Counted from the first letter of the stretch, positions 8,945 to 19,080 are shown. The stretch: DNA of 64,000 nucleotides from Dehalococcoidia bacterium (GCA_963663235.2 CAXXNO010000006.1:128001-192000); one strand, 5' to 3'. The notes: generated by a model not told the origin, from the letters alone. Translations and numbers: made by a program.

Positions 8945-9751
8945 CTACCGACCCTTAAACTCCGGCGCCCGCTTCTCCCGGAACGCCGCCGGCCCCTCTT
9001 TCGCGTCCTCCGACGCCCGCGCGATCGTGATCGCCTGCTCCGCCATCTCCAGCGCTTCGTGCATCCCCACCATCTGCGACCGGTACGCTAGCCGCTTCGT
9101 CAGCTGGATCGCCACCGCCGCCCCCCGCGCGATCTCCTGCGCGAACTTCATCGTTTCCGGTAGCAGATCCTCGGCCGGGACCACCCGCTGCACGTAGCCC
9201 ATCGCCAGCGCCTCTTCCGCCTGGAAGATTCGCCCCGTCCACATCAGCTCCAGCGCCCGCGACATGCCCACGATCTTCGGCAGGAAGTAGGCCCCGCCGT
9301 CGCCCGGCGTCAGCCCCACCCGCACGTAGCCCATCCCGAACTTCGCCTTGTCCGACGCGATGCGGATGTCCGCCATCGACGCCATATCCATCCCCGCCCC
9401 CACCGCCGCCCCGTTCACCGCCGCGATGTACGGCTTCTCCAGGTTCAGCAGCGCCCGCGGCACAGCGTGCACGCTGTGCCGCAGGTTGTTCCGGCCCGCG
9501 ACCACGCTCTCGCTCCCGCCGTACAGGTCGCCCCCCGCCCGCCCGCTCGACATGTCCCCGCCCGAGCAGAAGCCGCGCCCCGACCCCGTCACTACGATCG
9601 CCCGCACGTCCTCGTCCCGCGACGACCGCGCGATCGCGTCCGTCCACAACTCCAGCATCTCGGGGCTGAAGGCGTTCATCTTCTCCGGCTGGTTCAGGGT
9701 GATCACCGCGACGTGATCCTCCACCTCGTACAGCAACGGCGCATCCGGCAT
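8945..9751 (-). CDS. Enoyl-CoA hydratase/isomerase family protein
   Basis: ITLNQPEKMNA, GRGFCSGGD, IAAVNGAAVGAG and AFREKRAPEFKG. Confidence 0.95.
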   Translation of the reverse strand: MPDAPLLYEVEDHVAVITLNQPEKMNAFSPEMLELWTDAIARSSRDEDVRAIVVTGSGRGFCSGGDMSSGRAGGDLYGGSESVVAGRNNLRHSVHAVPRALLNLEKPYIAAVNGAAVGAGMDMASMADIRIASDKAKFGMGYVRVGLTPGDGGAYFLPKIVGMSRALELMWTGRIFQAEEALAMGYVQRVVPAEDLLPETMKFAQEIARGAAVAIQLTKRLAYRSQMVGMHEALEMAEQAITIARASEDAKEGPAAFREKRAPEFKGR

Positions 9752-9790
9752 CCGGCTTCCTCCCTGCCCGGCGACCCACGCAGGCCGCCG

Positions 9791-10585
9791 CTAGTCCATC
9801 TCGATCCCACCGTCGACGTTCAGCGACTGGCCCGTGATGTTGCGCGCGTCGTCCGACGCCAGGAACGCCACGGCCTTGCCGATGTCTTCCGGCGTCTGCT
9901 CCCGCCCCAGCCGCGAGAGACCCTGCACCATTTGGTGGAAGAACTTCCGCTCTTCCACCACTTCGGCGCTGGGCTCGCCCTGGTACAACCCTTCCATCTG
10001 CCGCCACATGTCGGTCCACAACAGGCCCGGACAGACGGCGTTGACGTTGATGTTACTCCGCGCCAATTCTAGGGCCAGCGCCTGCGTCAGGTTGATAGCC
10101 GCCGCCTTCGACGCGCTGTAGTTCGGGAACCGCGACACGCCCTTCCGCCCCGCCACCGAGGCGATGTTGACGATCTTCCCCTCGCCGCGCTCCTGGAAGT
10201 GTGGGATCACCGCCCGCGACATGATCCACACGCCCTTGACGTTCACCTCGTAGCACAGGTCCCAGTCCTCGATCTCGATCTCCTCCGGCCGGATGTGCTG
10301 GCCGAAGACGCCCGCGTTGTTCACTAGCACGTCGACCCGCCCGTACTCTTCGATCGCCTTCGCGACGCAGCCTTCCGCCGATGCGACGTTCGTCACGTCC
10401 AGCTCCACCACCGCTGCCCGCCGCCCCGCGGCTTGCACCGCCGCCACCGTCTCGTCTGCCTGCGACGTGTCGATGTCCCCCACCACGATGTCCGCGCCCT
10501 CGTGCGCCAGCGCCACGGCGATGCCCCGCCCGATCCCGCGCGCGCTGCCCGTCACGATCGCGACACTGCCTTCGAGTCGCCCCAT
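9791..10585 (-). CDS. Short-chain dehydrogenase/reductase
   Basis: TGSARGIG, NNAG, YSASK and ITGQSLNVDGG. Confidence 0.96.
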   Translation of the reverse strand: MGRLEGSVAIVTGSARGIGRGIAVALAHEGADIVVGDIDTSQADETVAAVQAAGRRAAVVELDVTNVASAEGCVAKAIEEYGRVDVLVNNAGVFGQHIRPEEIEIEDWDLCYEVNVKGVWIMSRAVIPHFQERGEGKIVNIASVAGRKGVSRFPNYSASKAAAINLTQALALELARSNINVNAVCPGLLWTDMWRQMEGLYQGEPSAEVVEERKFFHQMVQGLSRLGREQTPEDIGKAVAFLASDDARNITGQSLNVDGGIEMD

Positions 10586-10669
10586 GGCCCGCTCCTCTCG
10601 CCGCCGGAGGATAGCAGGGCCCGCGAGTCGCAGCGCCCCCTGGGATCCACGAGTCGGCCGATGGAACCA

Positions 10670-10730
10670 GGCCAATACAAACGGGCCAATGAGAAACGGG
10701 CCAATGAGAAACGGGCCAATGAGAAACGGG
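10670..10730. repeat. 15-bp tandem repeat (AAACGGGCCAATGAG) x3 plus partials
   Basis: Read directly; intergenic, upstream of the SDR gene. Confidence 0.9.
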
Positions 10731-10785
10731 AAAGTCGCGCGGGCAGTCGCCGCTCTCGGCGCCTGACCCACGCACAGGCCTGGCG

Positions 10786-13301
10786 TCAGGGGAGGCAGTC
10801 CCCGAACACTCGCAGCTCCGCCACGCTGATGAAGTCCGCCGTGCCGCCCGGCGCGCCGATGATCCGGATGCCGTCTCCGCTGATCGGGTCGAATGTCAGG
10901 TTGAACGCTTCGTAGGAGACCCCGTTGTCGGCCGCCGGGTAAGCCGGTGTGATCGTCAGCCCTGTCACTTCCACCCAGACGCCGCCCTGACGCACCTCCA
11001 CCGTCAGCGTGTTGAACCAGCCACCATTGATGAAGTGCAGCCCTTCTTGGAAGAACACCTCGCTCCACTCGTGCGCTGAATCGAACGCGTAGCCGATCCA
11101 GCCCTCGCTGGCGGCGTTGACGCCATCGAACGTGTCGTACCCCAGCAGCAGCTCCAGGCTGCCGGCCGGCGGCAGCACGCCGTCGCGGATGACGTTGATG
11201 TCCGGGTTCGACACCCCTGTGGGCGCCGTCACCTGCGCGATGATCTCCCCGCCGGTCGCGCTCAGGTCGACCCCGCAGCTGATCGGCGTCAGTGCCTGGG
11301 GGAGCGGCAGCGGCGGTGGAGGCGGCGGTGGGAGCGGGGGCGGCTCCTCGCAGTCCCCAAAGACCCGTAGTTCCCCCACCGTGATGAAGTCCGTCGTGCC
11401 GCCCGGCGCGCCGATGATCCGGATGCCGTCTCCGCTGATCCGGTCGAACGTCAGGTTGAACGCCTCGTAGGAGACCCCGTTGTCGCTGAACGGGTAGGCC
11501 GCAGTCTCCGAAGACCCGCAGCTCCCCCCGGAGATGAAGTCGGCCGACCCCCCGGGCGCGCCGATGATCCGGATCCCATCCCCGGCGTGAGGCGGCGGCG
11601 GGGGCAACTCCCCGCAGTCTCCGAAGACCCGCAGCTCGGAGATGAAGTCGGCCGACCCCCCGGGCGCGCCGATGATCCGGATCCCATCCCCGCTGATCGG
11701 CTCGAACGCCAGCAGGAACGCTTCGTGACCGTCAAGCCTGTCACCGCCACCCAGACCCCGCCCTGGCGCACCTGCACCGTCAGCGTGTCGAACCATCCCC
11801 CGTCGCCAAAGTGCAGCCCTTCTTGGAACAGCACTTCCTCCCACTCGTGCTCCGACCCGAACTCGTACCCGATCCAGTCCTCGCTGGACACGTTGACGCC
11901 GTCGAACGTGTCGTAGTTCCGCAGCGGGTCCAAGTTGCCCGTGGGCGGCAGGTCGCCGTCCCGGATCACGCCGATGCCCGGGCTGGACACGCCCGTCGGC
12001 GCCGTCACCAACGCGATGATCCCGCCCTCGGTGGTCAGGTCGGTGTCGCAACTCGCTGTCGGCGGCGGCACGATCGGCGGCGGCAAAAGAGGCTCTTCCG
12101 GATCGGAAGGCGGATCGGGATCGGGAGGATCGGGAGGATCGGGCGGGCTGTCGCAGTCCCCAAAGACCAGCAACTCCCCCACGGAGATGAAGTCGGCCGA
12201 CCCCCCGGGCTCGCCGAACAGCCGGATCCCATCCCCGACGATCGGATCGAACGTCAGCACGAACGCTTCGTAGGAGATGAAGCCGTTGTTCTCTGAGTGG
12301 TACCGCGGCGTGATTGCGAAGTCGCCGACGTCCACCCAGACCCCGCCCTGGCGCACCTCCACCGTCAGCTTGGTGAACCAGCCGCCGTTGGGGAAATGCT
12401 TCCCCTCCTGGAACAGCACCGCCTCCCACGAATACGCCGACGAATAGACGTACCCGATCCAGTCTTCGCCGGATCGATTGCTGCCGTCGAAGGTGTCGTA
12501 GTGGCGCGACGCGTCCCGGTTCCCGACCAGCGGCATGTCCCCGTCGCGGATCACTCCCAGGTCGCGGCTTCCGGCGCCCGTCGGGTCCGTCACCCGCGCG
12601 ATGATGTCCCCGCGGCCGCTGAGATCGCGGCACTCCGGAAGCGCGGGCAGGCGCGGCATCCGGCAGTCCGCGTATACCCACAACTCCGCCACCGAGATGA
12701 ACGCGGCTGAGCCGCCCGGCCGCCCCACCAGTCGGATGCCGCTGCCGTCGATCGGGTCGAACCGCAGCGTGTAGCGATCGAAGGAGCGGCCGTCGTTGCG
12801 AAACGGGTACTCCGGCGTGATCGAGAGCCCCGTCACGTCCACCCAGTCGTCGCCCTGGCGCACCTCCACGATCAGCGATTCGAACCACCCGCCGTTGCCG
12901 TAGTGCCGCCCTTCTTGGAAGAGGATCATCTCCCAGGTAGGCGAGAAGTCGAACGCGTAACCGATCCAGTCGAAATCGACACCGTTGACGCCGTCGTACG
13001 TGTCGTACTGCCGCAGCGGGTCCGTGCTCCCGGGCGACGGCCGCCTCCCGTCGCGGATCACTTCGATGTCCGGGTTGCCGATCCCCGTCGGCGACATCAC
13101 TCGCGCGATCGGCTCGCCGCTACGCGTCAGGTGCTCGCACACCCGGCCCTGCTCGGGGGCCGCGTACACCGGCTCCGCCCTCGATAGAACGGCCGCCATG
13201 ACGAGCGCGAGCCCGATGAGCGCCAGCAGTGGCAGCGCCGGCGGTGGCAGCGCCGGCGCTGCGTCGCCTATCCGTCGCGGAGGACGGCAACGTGCACGCA
13301 T
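10786..13301 (-). pseudogene. Secreted repeat protein with about 150-aa beta-sandwich (discoidin/CBM-like) domains; internally scrambled and frameshifted
   Basis: Signal-peptide-like N-terminus; repeated IIA.V..PTG..IRDG..YDTFDG..DWIGY.F..FQEG.H..GGWF..G.PGG.ADFIS..EL.VFGDC; Pro linkers; split over ORFs 11451-13340 and 10786-12888. Confidence 0.75.
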
Positions 13302-13510
13302 CCCGTGCAGCGCCCAAGACACGCCTTGTTGCACGCGCATTTCCTAAAACTCGCCGAGGAAACATCGTACCAGCGCGCCGTAGGCCGTCAATCGTCACTC
13401 ACTCTCGCTGCGTGTTGGCGACTGGCGGACGCGCATCTCCGCGACGAATTACAGGCGATGGTCTGCCGACTTTCGTCGCACGGCCTCGTTAACTTTTCTC
13501 AATGCCCGAC

Positions 13511-13747
13511 CCCGTTGTCGACGCACCACCCTCTTGCGCGGCGCAGCCGCGCCAAACGACACCATGACCTCCAACGCCCTACGCCCCCGTCAGCCGCACC
13601 CGATCCCCCACCCCGGCGCCGTTGTCGGCGAACCACCCTCCTGCGCGGCGCAGCCGCGCCAAACGACACCGTCACCTCCAACGCCCTACGCCCCGGTCAG
13701 CCGCACCCGATCCCCCACCTCGACGCCGTTGTCGACGAACCATCCTT
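13511..13747. repeat. 107-bp tandem repeat (about 2.2 copies) containing the 3' end of the DUF192 gene
   Basis: GTTGTCG..G.ACCA at 13514, 13621 and 13728; stop-codon context repeated at 13579 and 13686. Confidence 0.9.
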
Positions 13748-14405
13748 GGTTAACCTCTAACGCCCAGCGATACGCCGCGCCTGGGCTGTGCAGCTCTCTC
13801 GTCAACGGCTCCATGTCCTGGATGTCGATGATCACGCCGTCTCGGTCGATGAACGCGATCGACAGCGGCACCAGCGTGTTCTCCATCCAGAACCCGCCCC
13901 TCGTGTCCGCCGCGAACAGGAACAGCATCCCCGCGTCCGCCCCCAGCGACTCCCGGAACATCAGCCCCCGCGCCCGCTCCCCCGCCGTGTCCGCCAGCTC
14001 GACTCGCACGATCCGCACCGCGCCCGACGCCGTCTCCACCGCCAGCAGCGCCTCGGCCTCGGCCCGCGCGGGCTGCGCCCACGTCACCTCTCGATCGGCT
14101 CGCAGCCAGTACGCTTCGCCGGGCTCAAGTTCCTCCAGCGTCGCGAGCGACGGCGCCGCGCGGAACCAGCTCTCCCACCCCTGCGACGCCGCCTCCCAGT
14201 GCCACACCGCGTCCACCGCCTCCGCCGCCGCCCCCAGCGCCTCCTCGACCGGCAACCGCTCGCCCGCGTACACCACGTTGTTCCACCCCGCGCGGAGCGT
14301 CACGTCGGCCGATTGCGCCTCCGCCTGCGGCGCGAGCAATCCCGCCCCCACGAGCAGGCTCGCCAGCACACCCAGCACCCCAGCCGCCGGCAGATTCATA
14401 AGCAC
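13686..14405 (-). CDS. Secreted DUF192 family protein with an N-terminal GWN-type module
   Basis: VELADT..ERARGLMFRESL, GMLFLF, FWMENTLVPLSIAFID and ALEVNQGWF; signal peptide ending AEA/Q. Confidence 0.92.
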   Translation of the reverse strand: MLMNLPAAGVLGVLASLLVGAGLLAPQAEAQSADVTLRAGWNNVVYAGERLPVEEALGAAAEAVDAVWHWEAASQGWESWFRAAPSLATLEELEPGEAYWLRADREVTWAQPARAEAEALLAVETASGAVRIVRVELADTAGERARGLMFRESLGADAGMLFLFAADTRGGFWMENTLVPLSIAFIDRDGVIIDIQDMEPLTRELHSPGAAYRWALEVNQGWFVDNGVEVGDRVRLTGA

Positions 14406-14434
14406 AGCCTACGGCAGGCCACCGCCCGCCACCC

Positions 14435-14885
14435 CCGTTCGCTCTGCCTGCCCTGAGCCTGCCGAAGGGCCAAAGGTGGGGCGGGGGAGTGAGGCCCCTT
14501 CTCCCGCCCCGTTCGTCCTGAGCGAAGCCTGTCCTGAGCTTGTCGGAGGGTCGAAGGAGAACGGGGCAGCCCTGTGATCCTTCCCCCTCTTCCCCCTCTT
14601 CCCCCTCTTCCCCCTCTTCCCCCTCTCCATCCTTCCCTCCCGGGAAGGATGGAGAGGGCCTGTCCTGAGCGAGCCGCAGGCGAGTCGAAGGGGGCCGCGG
14701 TCAGGTCTACCCCCACACCCTCCGCCGCGCACAATTGCCGCTGCCCACCCCCGACGCCCCACTCGCGATGGAATAAAAACCCCCTCGCCATCGCTTGCCG
14801 ATGGAGAGGGGGCCAGGGGGTGAGGTTTCCCCTTCCCTGCCCTGAGCCTCCCCTGAGCCAGCCGCGGGCGAGTCGAAGGGGGCCG
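14435..14885. repeat. REP/BIME-like mosaic cluster including a (CTTCCCCCT)n tract
   Basis: Same modules as elsewhere plus CCCGTTCGTCCTGAGCGAAG and GGGCCGCGGTCAGGTCTACCCC...CGCGATGGAATAAAACCCCC. Confidence 0.9.
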
Positions 14886-14905
14886 GGACTGAGGTCAGCG
14901 CCGGA

Positions 14906-16297
14906 TCAATTCGCCGGCTGGAAGAGCGGGTTTCCGCCCACGACGAACGCCTGCTCTGCCGAGATGTCGGTGGCGTCCGTGTCGTGGAACATGAAGTTCA
15001 TGCCGTCGGGGCACTCGTCCGCTTCCACGATGCCATCGCCGTTGGTGTCGAAATCGATAGAGCACTCCGGCGTGTCGCCGATGACGTCGAATGCCCCACC
15101 GTCGGACTCGCTGGTGTGGAACAACCCCAGCAGATGCCCTGCCTCGTGCCAGGCGGTCGTCGCGTTCTGGGCCAGGGTGAAATCCTCCGCGTTCGCCGTG
15201 ACGACGACACACGAGGTGCTGCTGTCCTCCAGGACGGTGGCGCCGGGAATCCCGGCCGCGTTGCCGAGCGTCGTGCCGAACGGGTCGTCGGGATCGACCA
15301 CGCGATCGATGATCACGAAGTGCAGGCTGCGGTCTTGTCCGAACGTGTCCGACATCGCCTGGCAGAGCTGGCGTTGTGACGTGTCGATGCCGTTCGTCGG
15401 CAGCTGGAGGTCCCCGAACTCGGCGGTGATTTCCGCGGGCGCATCAATGAAGCGCACGGTCCCGATGCCGAGATCGAAGGGACCGAAAATATCGTCGGCG
15501 CGCTCGCGGAAGATCGTTTCGATGTTCGCGCGGCCCGCCTCGTCGGCGACTTCGTCGCTTGAGGTGGCCACCCAGAACGTGACATCCAGGACCTGCGCGG
15601 CCCCGGCCGCATCCCCCTTAACGATGGCCTGCGCCGTCGTCGCGACGTCGGCTTCCACCGTGACCGTGTACTCGCCGGGCGTGAGCGCCGCTTCGCCGTT
15701 CAACGGCGCCAGGACGGAGCCCTCACCGAAGTTCTGCAGCGGCTCAATGAGCGCATCCAGCAGGGAGCCGCCGTCCGGTCCAGTGACGTCCACGATGGTG
15801 ACCAAATCGTCGATGCCCGGCGCCTGCGCGACGAAGAGGAACGACGTTTCGCCTTCCTGCACCGTGACGGTCACCGTGCCGCCGCCGGCAGGGATGGCGC
15901 CGAGGTCGGCGAAGCGCAGGTCACCGCCGTCCGCTTCTGGCGGCGGCGGTGCTTTCCCGTCCAGGGCGATCTCCTGCGAACCCTCGGAGACGACCCAGAG
16001 CACGTCGCCGTCCGACAGTGCAAAGTCCACGACACCAAGGAGGGGGACGAAAGACGTCCAGTTGACGGCCAAGGGGTCGAACAGCCAGGCGATCTTCACC
16101 GTGCCGAACACGTCACTGGCGCTGAAGCCGGGACCGAAGGTCCAGAAGAGGAACTGTCCACCGTCGCTAAGAGAGATGGTGTCGCCGGGCTCCTGCGCCT
16201 CGACGTCGGATCGGGCAGGCAGGGCCCCGAGGAGGGAGATCGTGAGGATGAGGAGGACGAGGAGTTGGACGGCGCGGGCGCGGCGGATCCTGGGCAT
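14906..16297 (-). CDS. Secreted metzincin zinc metalloprotease (M43/pappalysin-like) with an N-terminal DGGQF-type module
   Basis: HEAGHLLGLFH zinc motif, D.IGDTP and Met-turn NFMF; Ca-loop-like DTNGDGIV; signal peptide. Confidence 0.82.
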   Translation of the reverse strand: MPRIRRARAVQLLVLLILTISLLGALPARSDVEAQEPGDTISLSDGGQFLFWTFGPGFSASDVFGTVKIAWLFDPLAVNWTSFVPLLGVVDFALSDGDVLWVVSEGSQEIALDGKAPPPPEADGGDLRFADLGAIPAGGGTVTVTVQEGETSFLFVAQAPGIDDLVTIVDVTGPDGGSLLDALIEPLQNFGEGSVLAPLNGEAALTPGEYTVTVEADVATTAQAIVKGDAAGAAQVLDVTFWVATSSDEVADEAGRANIETIFRERADDIFGPFDLGIGTVRFIDAPAEITAEFGDLQLPTNGIDTSQRQLCQAMSDTFGQDRSLHFVIIDRVVDPDDPFGTTLGNAAGIPGATVLEDSSTSCVVVTANAEDFTLAQNATTAWHEAGHLLGLFHTSESDGGAFDVIGDTPECSIDFDTNGDGIVEADECPDGMNFMFHDTDATDISAEQAFVVGGNPLFQPAN

Positions 16298-16399
16298 GGA
16301 CGACTCCGTCTGTTGGGCTGGCCTTGAGCGATCGGCGGTCAGTCTAGTAGGGCGGGGCCATCGACAACACCGACGCCGAGCGCACCACCTGTACCGGCC

Positions 16400-17120
16400 C
16401 AGAACGGGCCGCGGTCAGGTCTACCCTCCCGCACCCTCCGCCGCGCACAACTGCCGCTGCGCCGTCCCCCACGCCCCACTCGCGATGGAATAAAACCCCC
16501 TCGCCGTCGCTTGCCGATGGAGAGAGCCTGTCCTGAGCGAGCCGCAGGCGAGTCGAAGGGAGCCTGCCGCCCTGAGCCTGTCGAAGGGTCAAAGGTGGGA
16601 CGGGGGAGTGAGGCCCCCTCTCCCGCCCCGTTCGTCCTGAGCGAAGTCGAAGGAGAACGGGGCAGCCCTGTGATCCTTCCCCCTCTCCTCCCGCTCTCCA
16701 TCCTTCCCAGGAGGGAAGGATGGAGAGCGCCTGCCAGGAGCGAGCCACAGGCGAGTCGAAGGAGGGCCAGGGGGCGCTTGCGCCCTTCGCACAGCGGAAG
16801 GGTGAGGTCTCCCCTCCCCGTCCTGTGCTCATCGAACGGGCCGCGGTCAGGTCTACCCCCCCCCCACCTTCCGCCGCGCACAACTGCCGCTGCGCCGCCC
16901 CCCACGCCCCGCTCGCGATGGAATAAAACCCCCTCGCCATCGCTTGCCGATGGAGAGAGCCTGTCCTGAGCGAGCCGCAGGCGAGTCGAAGGAAGGCCAG
17001 GGGGCGCTTCCGCCCTTCGCACAGCGGAAGGGTGAGGTCTCCCCTTTCCCTCTCGTTCCTCCCCTCTCCATCCTTCCCAGGAGGGAAGGATGGAGAGGGG
17101 GCCAGGGGGTGAGGTTCCCT
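16400..17120. repeat. Largest REP/BIME-like mosaic cluster (~720 bp)
   Basis: Multiple copies of all modules; 16404-16560 is repeated at 16835-16992. Confidence 0.92.
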
Positions 17121-17182
17121 CGCCTTGCGACGCTCGACTCCCAGCGCTACCTTCCGCCCGCAGTCTCCAGGAGTGCCACCCC

Positions 17183-18235
17183 ATGAAATTTGGCGTCCTC
17201 TTCGACTTCCGCAACCCCGCCCCGCCGCTCGGCTCCGGCCGCTCGACCCCGGATCTCTACGCCACCATCCTCGACCAGGTGCAGCAGGCCGAAGACCTCG
17301 GCTACGACGACGTCTGGCTCACCGAGCACCACTTCCTCGACGACGGCTACCTCCCCTCTCTCGCTCCGATGGCCGCCGCCATCGCCGCTCGCACTTCGCG
17401 CGTCACGATCGGCTTCTTCGTGCTGCTGATGCCCTTCCACCACCCCATCCGCCTCGCCGAAGACCTCGCCGTCGTCGACAACCTCAGCAACGGCCGCCTC
17501 CTCTTCGGCCTCGGCGTGGGCTATCGCTACCCGGAGTTCACGGCCTTCGGCATCGACCGCAAGTTCCGCGGCTCCATTACCGATGAAGCCGTCCAGATCA
17601 TGATCAAGTGCTGGGAGGAAGAGGAGTTCTCCTTCCACGGCAAGCACTTCAACTTCGAGGGCGTCCGCTGCACCCCCAAGCCCGTCCAGAAGCCCCACAT
17701 CCCCGTCTGGTTCGGCGCGACGCAAGGCGAGGCCCTCAAACGCGCCGCCCGTCTCGGCGACGGCCTCCTCCACACCATCGCCGCCCCCACCGATGCCCCC
17801 CTCAAGTTCGCCCAGCACCTCAAGGAGTACGGCAAGGACTGGCGCAACCCCCACGTCCTCTCCATGGCCTTCCTCCACACCACCAACGACCCCCAGTGCG
17901 ACTGGGACGCCCTCAAGCCCCACGCCCTCTACCACGCCCAGGGCTACGCCACCTGGTACGCCCAGGACGAGAACTGGCAGGAGGGCACCAGCGCCGCCAA
18001 CTTCGGCGGCGACTACCCCCGCGACTACGCCACCCTCGAGCGCCTTGGCCACTACACCGTCGGCACGCCCGACCAGATCATCGCCAAAGTCAAAGAGGTC
18101 TACGCCCAAGCGCCCTTCGAGCGCTTCCTCTTCCCCGCCCTGCTTCCCGGCGCCGATCCCGCCCTCTCCGCCCGCTCCCTGGAGCTCTTCGCCACGGAGT
18201 GCATCCCCGCTCTCCGCGACCTCGACGCCAAGTAG
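17183..18235 (+). CDS. LLM-class flavin-dependent oxidoreductase (luciferase-like monooxygenase)
   Basis: AEDLGYDDVWLTEHH, HPIRLAED.A.VD.LSNGR, PKPVQKPH.P.W and VGTPD. Confidence 0.95.
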   Translation: MKFGVLFDFRNPAPPLGSGRSTPDLYATILDQVQQAEDLGYDDVWLTEHHFLDDGYLPSLAPMAAAIAARTSRVTIGFFVLLMPFHHPIRLAEDLAVVDNLSNGRLLFGLGVGYRYPEFTAFGIDRKFRGSITDEAVQIMIKCWEEEEFSFHGKHFNFEGVRCTPKPVQKPHIPVWFGATQGEALKRAARLGDGLLHTIAAPTDAPLKFAQHLKEYGKDWRNPHVLSMAFLHTTNDPQCDWDALKPHALYHAQGYATWYAQDENWQEGTSAANFGGDYPRDYATLERLGHYTVGTPDQIIAKVKEVYAQAPFERFLFPALLPGADPALSARSLELFATECIPALRDLDAK

Positions 18236-18239
18236 CCTT

Positions 18240-18320
18240 CTTCTCCCCCTCTCCATCGCTTGTGACGGAGAGGGGGCCAGGGGGCGCTTGCGCCCTTCGC
18301 ACAGCAGAAGGGTGAGGTTT
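18240..18320. repeat. REP-like cluster between convergent genes
   Basis: GGGGCGCTTGCGCCCTTCGCACAGC.GAAGGGTGAGG module. Confidence 0.85.
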
Positions 18321-18323
18321 CCT

Positions 18324-18680
18324 TTACTCCTCCACTCCGTAAACGCTGGCCTCCAGCCGTTCCTCCGACGCATGCCCTACGAACTCCACCCGACTCTCGA
18401 TCCGCCGCACCCACCGCACGCTGTCGTCCGGCCAGAACCCCTCCGCCGTCAGCGCGTCCAACACCCGCTTGATGCGAAAGTTGTCCAGGTCGCGCGGGTA
18501 CTGCGTCGGCAGCGCGAACCACCCCGCCTCGATCTCGTACCACTCGTACGACTTCCGCGGCAGCCGGCGCACCAGCTCCGCCTGCACGCACCCGCGCACC
18601 TTCTCGTCCCACGGCTGGTTCGCCGCACCCAGCTTCTCCGTGTGCACTCCCGGCACGACGATCCGCAGCACTTCCTCCAC
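18324..18680 (-). CDS. RusA-like endonuclease/resolvase family protein
   Basis: RDLDN...K..LDAL...G.W.DDS..V matches the RusA DxDN-K-DAL-DD catalytic signature. Confidence 0.6.
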   Translation of the reverse strand: MEEVLRIVVPGVHTEKLGAANQPWDEKVRGCVQAELVRRLPRKSYEWYEIEAGWFALPTQYPRDLDNFRIKRVLDALTAEGFWPDDSVRWVRRIESRVEFVGHASEERLEASVYGVEE

Positions 18681-18687
18681 GCCGCCC

Positions 18688-19080
18688 TCACGCCTCCGCG
18701 ATGCAATCGATCTCGATGTCGAACTCCCACGGCCACGACCCCACCGTCACGAACGTCCGCGCCGGCGGCTGCTCGCCGAAGTACCGCTCGTACACCGCGT
18801 TCACCGTCGGGTAGTACGCCGAGTTCGAGATGTACACCGTCGCCTTCACCACCTTCTCCAGCGACGATCCTGCCGCCTCCAGCGCCGCCTTCACGTTCTC
18901 CAGCGCCAGCTCCGTCTGCCTCACGATGTCCGCCAGCGGGATCTTCCCCGACGCCGGATCGATCGGCGGCATCCCCGACACGAACACAAAGCCACCCGCC
19001 TTCACCACCGGCGACAGCGGCACCTTCGCCGCCTCGATCGCCTCCGACACCCCCGCCACCCGGAACGTCTCCTTCGTCAT
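18688..19080 (-). CDS. RidA/YjgF family protein
   Basis: FVFVSG..PIDP, L.AAGSSL..VVK.TVY, N.VY..YF...PPART and IEIDCIA. Confidence 0.95.
   Translation of the reverse strand: MTKETFRVAGVSEAIEAAKVPLSPVVKAGGFVFVSGMPPIDPASGKIPLADIVRQTELALENVKAALEAAGSSLEKVVKATVYISNSAYYPTVNAVYERYFGEQPPARTFVTVGSWPWEFDIEIDCIAEA

Noticed and set aside
10786-13340. Diversity-generating retroelement or shufflon as the cause of the scrambled repeats
   Set aside because: No reverse transcriptase or recombinase nearby, no adenine-specific TR/VR differences, no inverted cassettes
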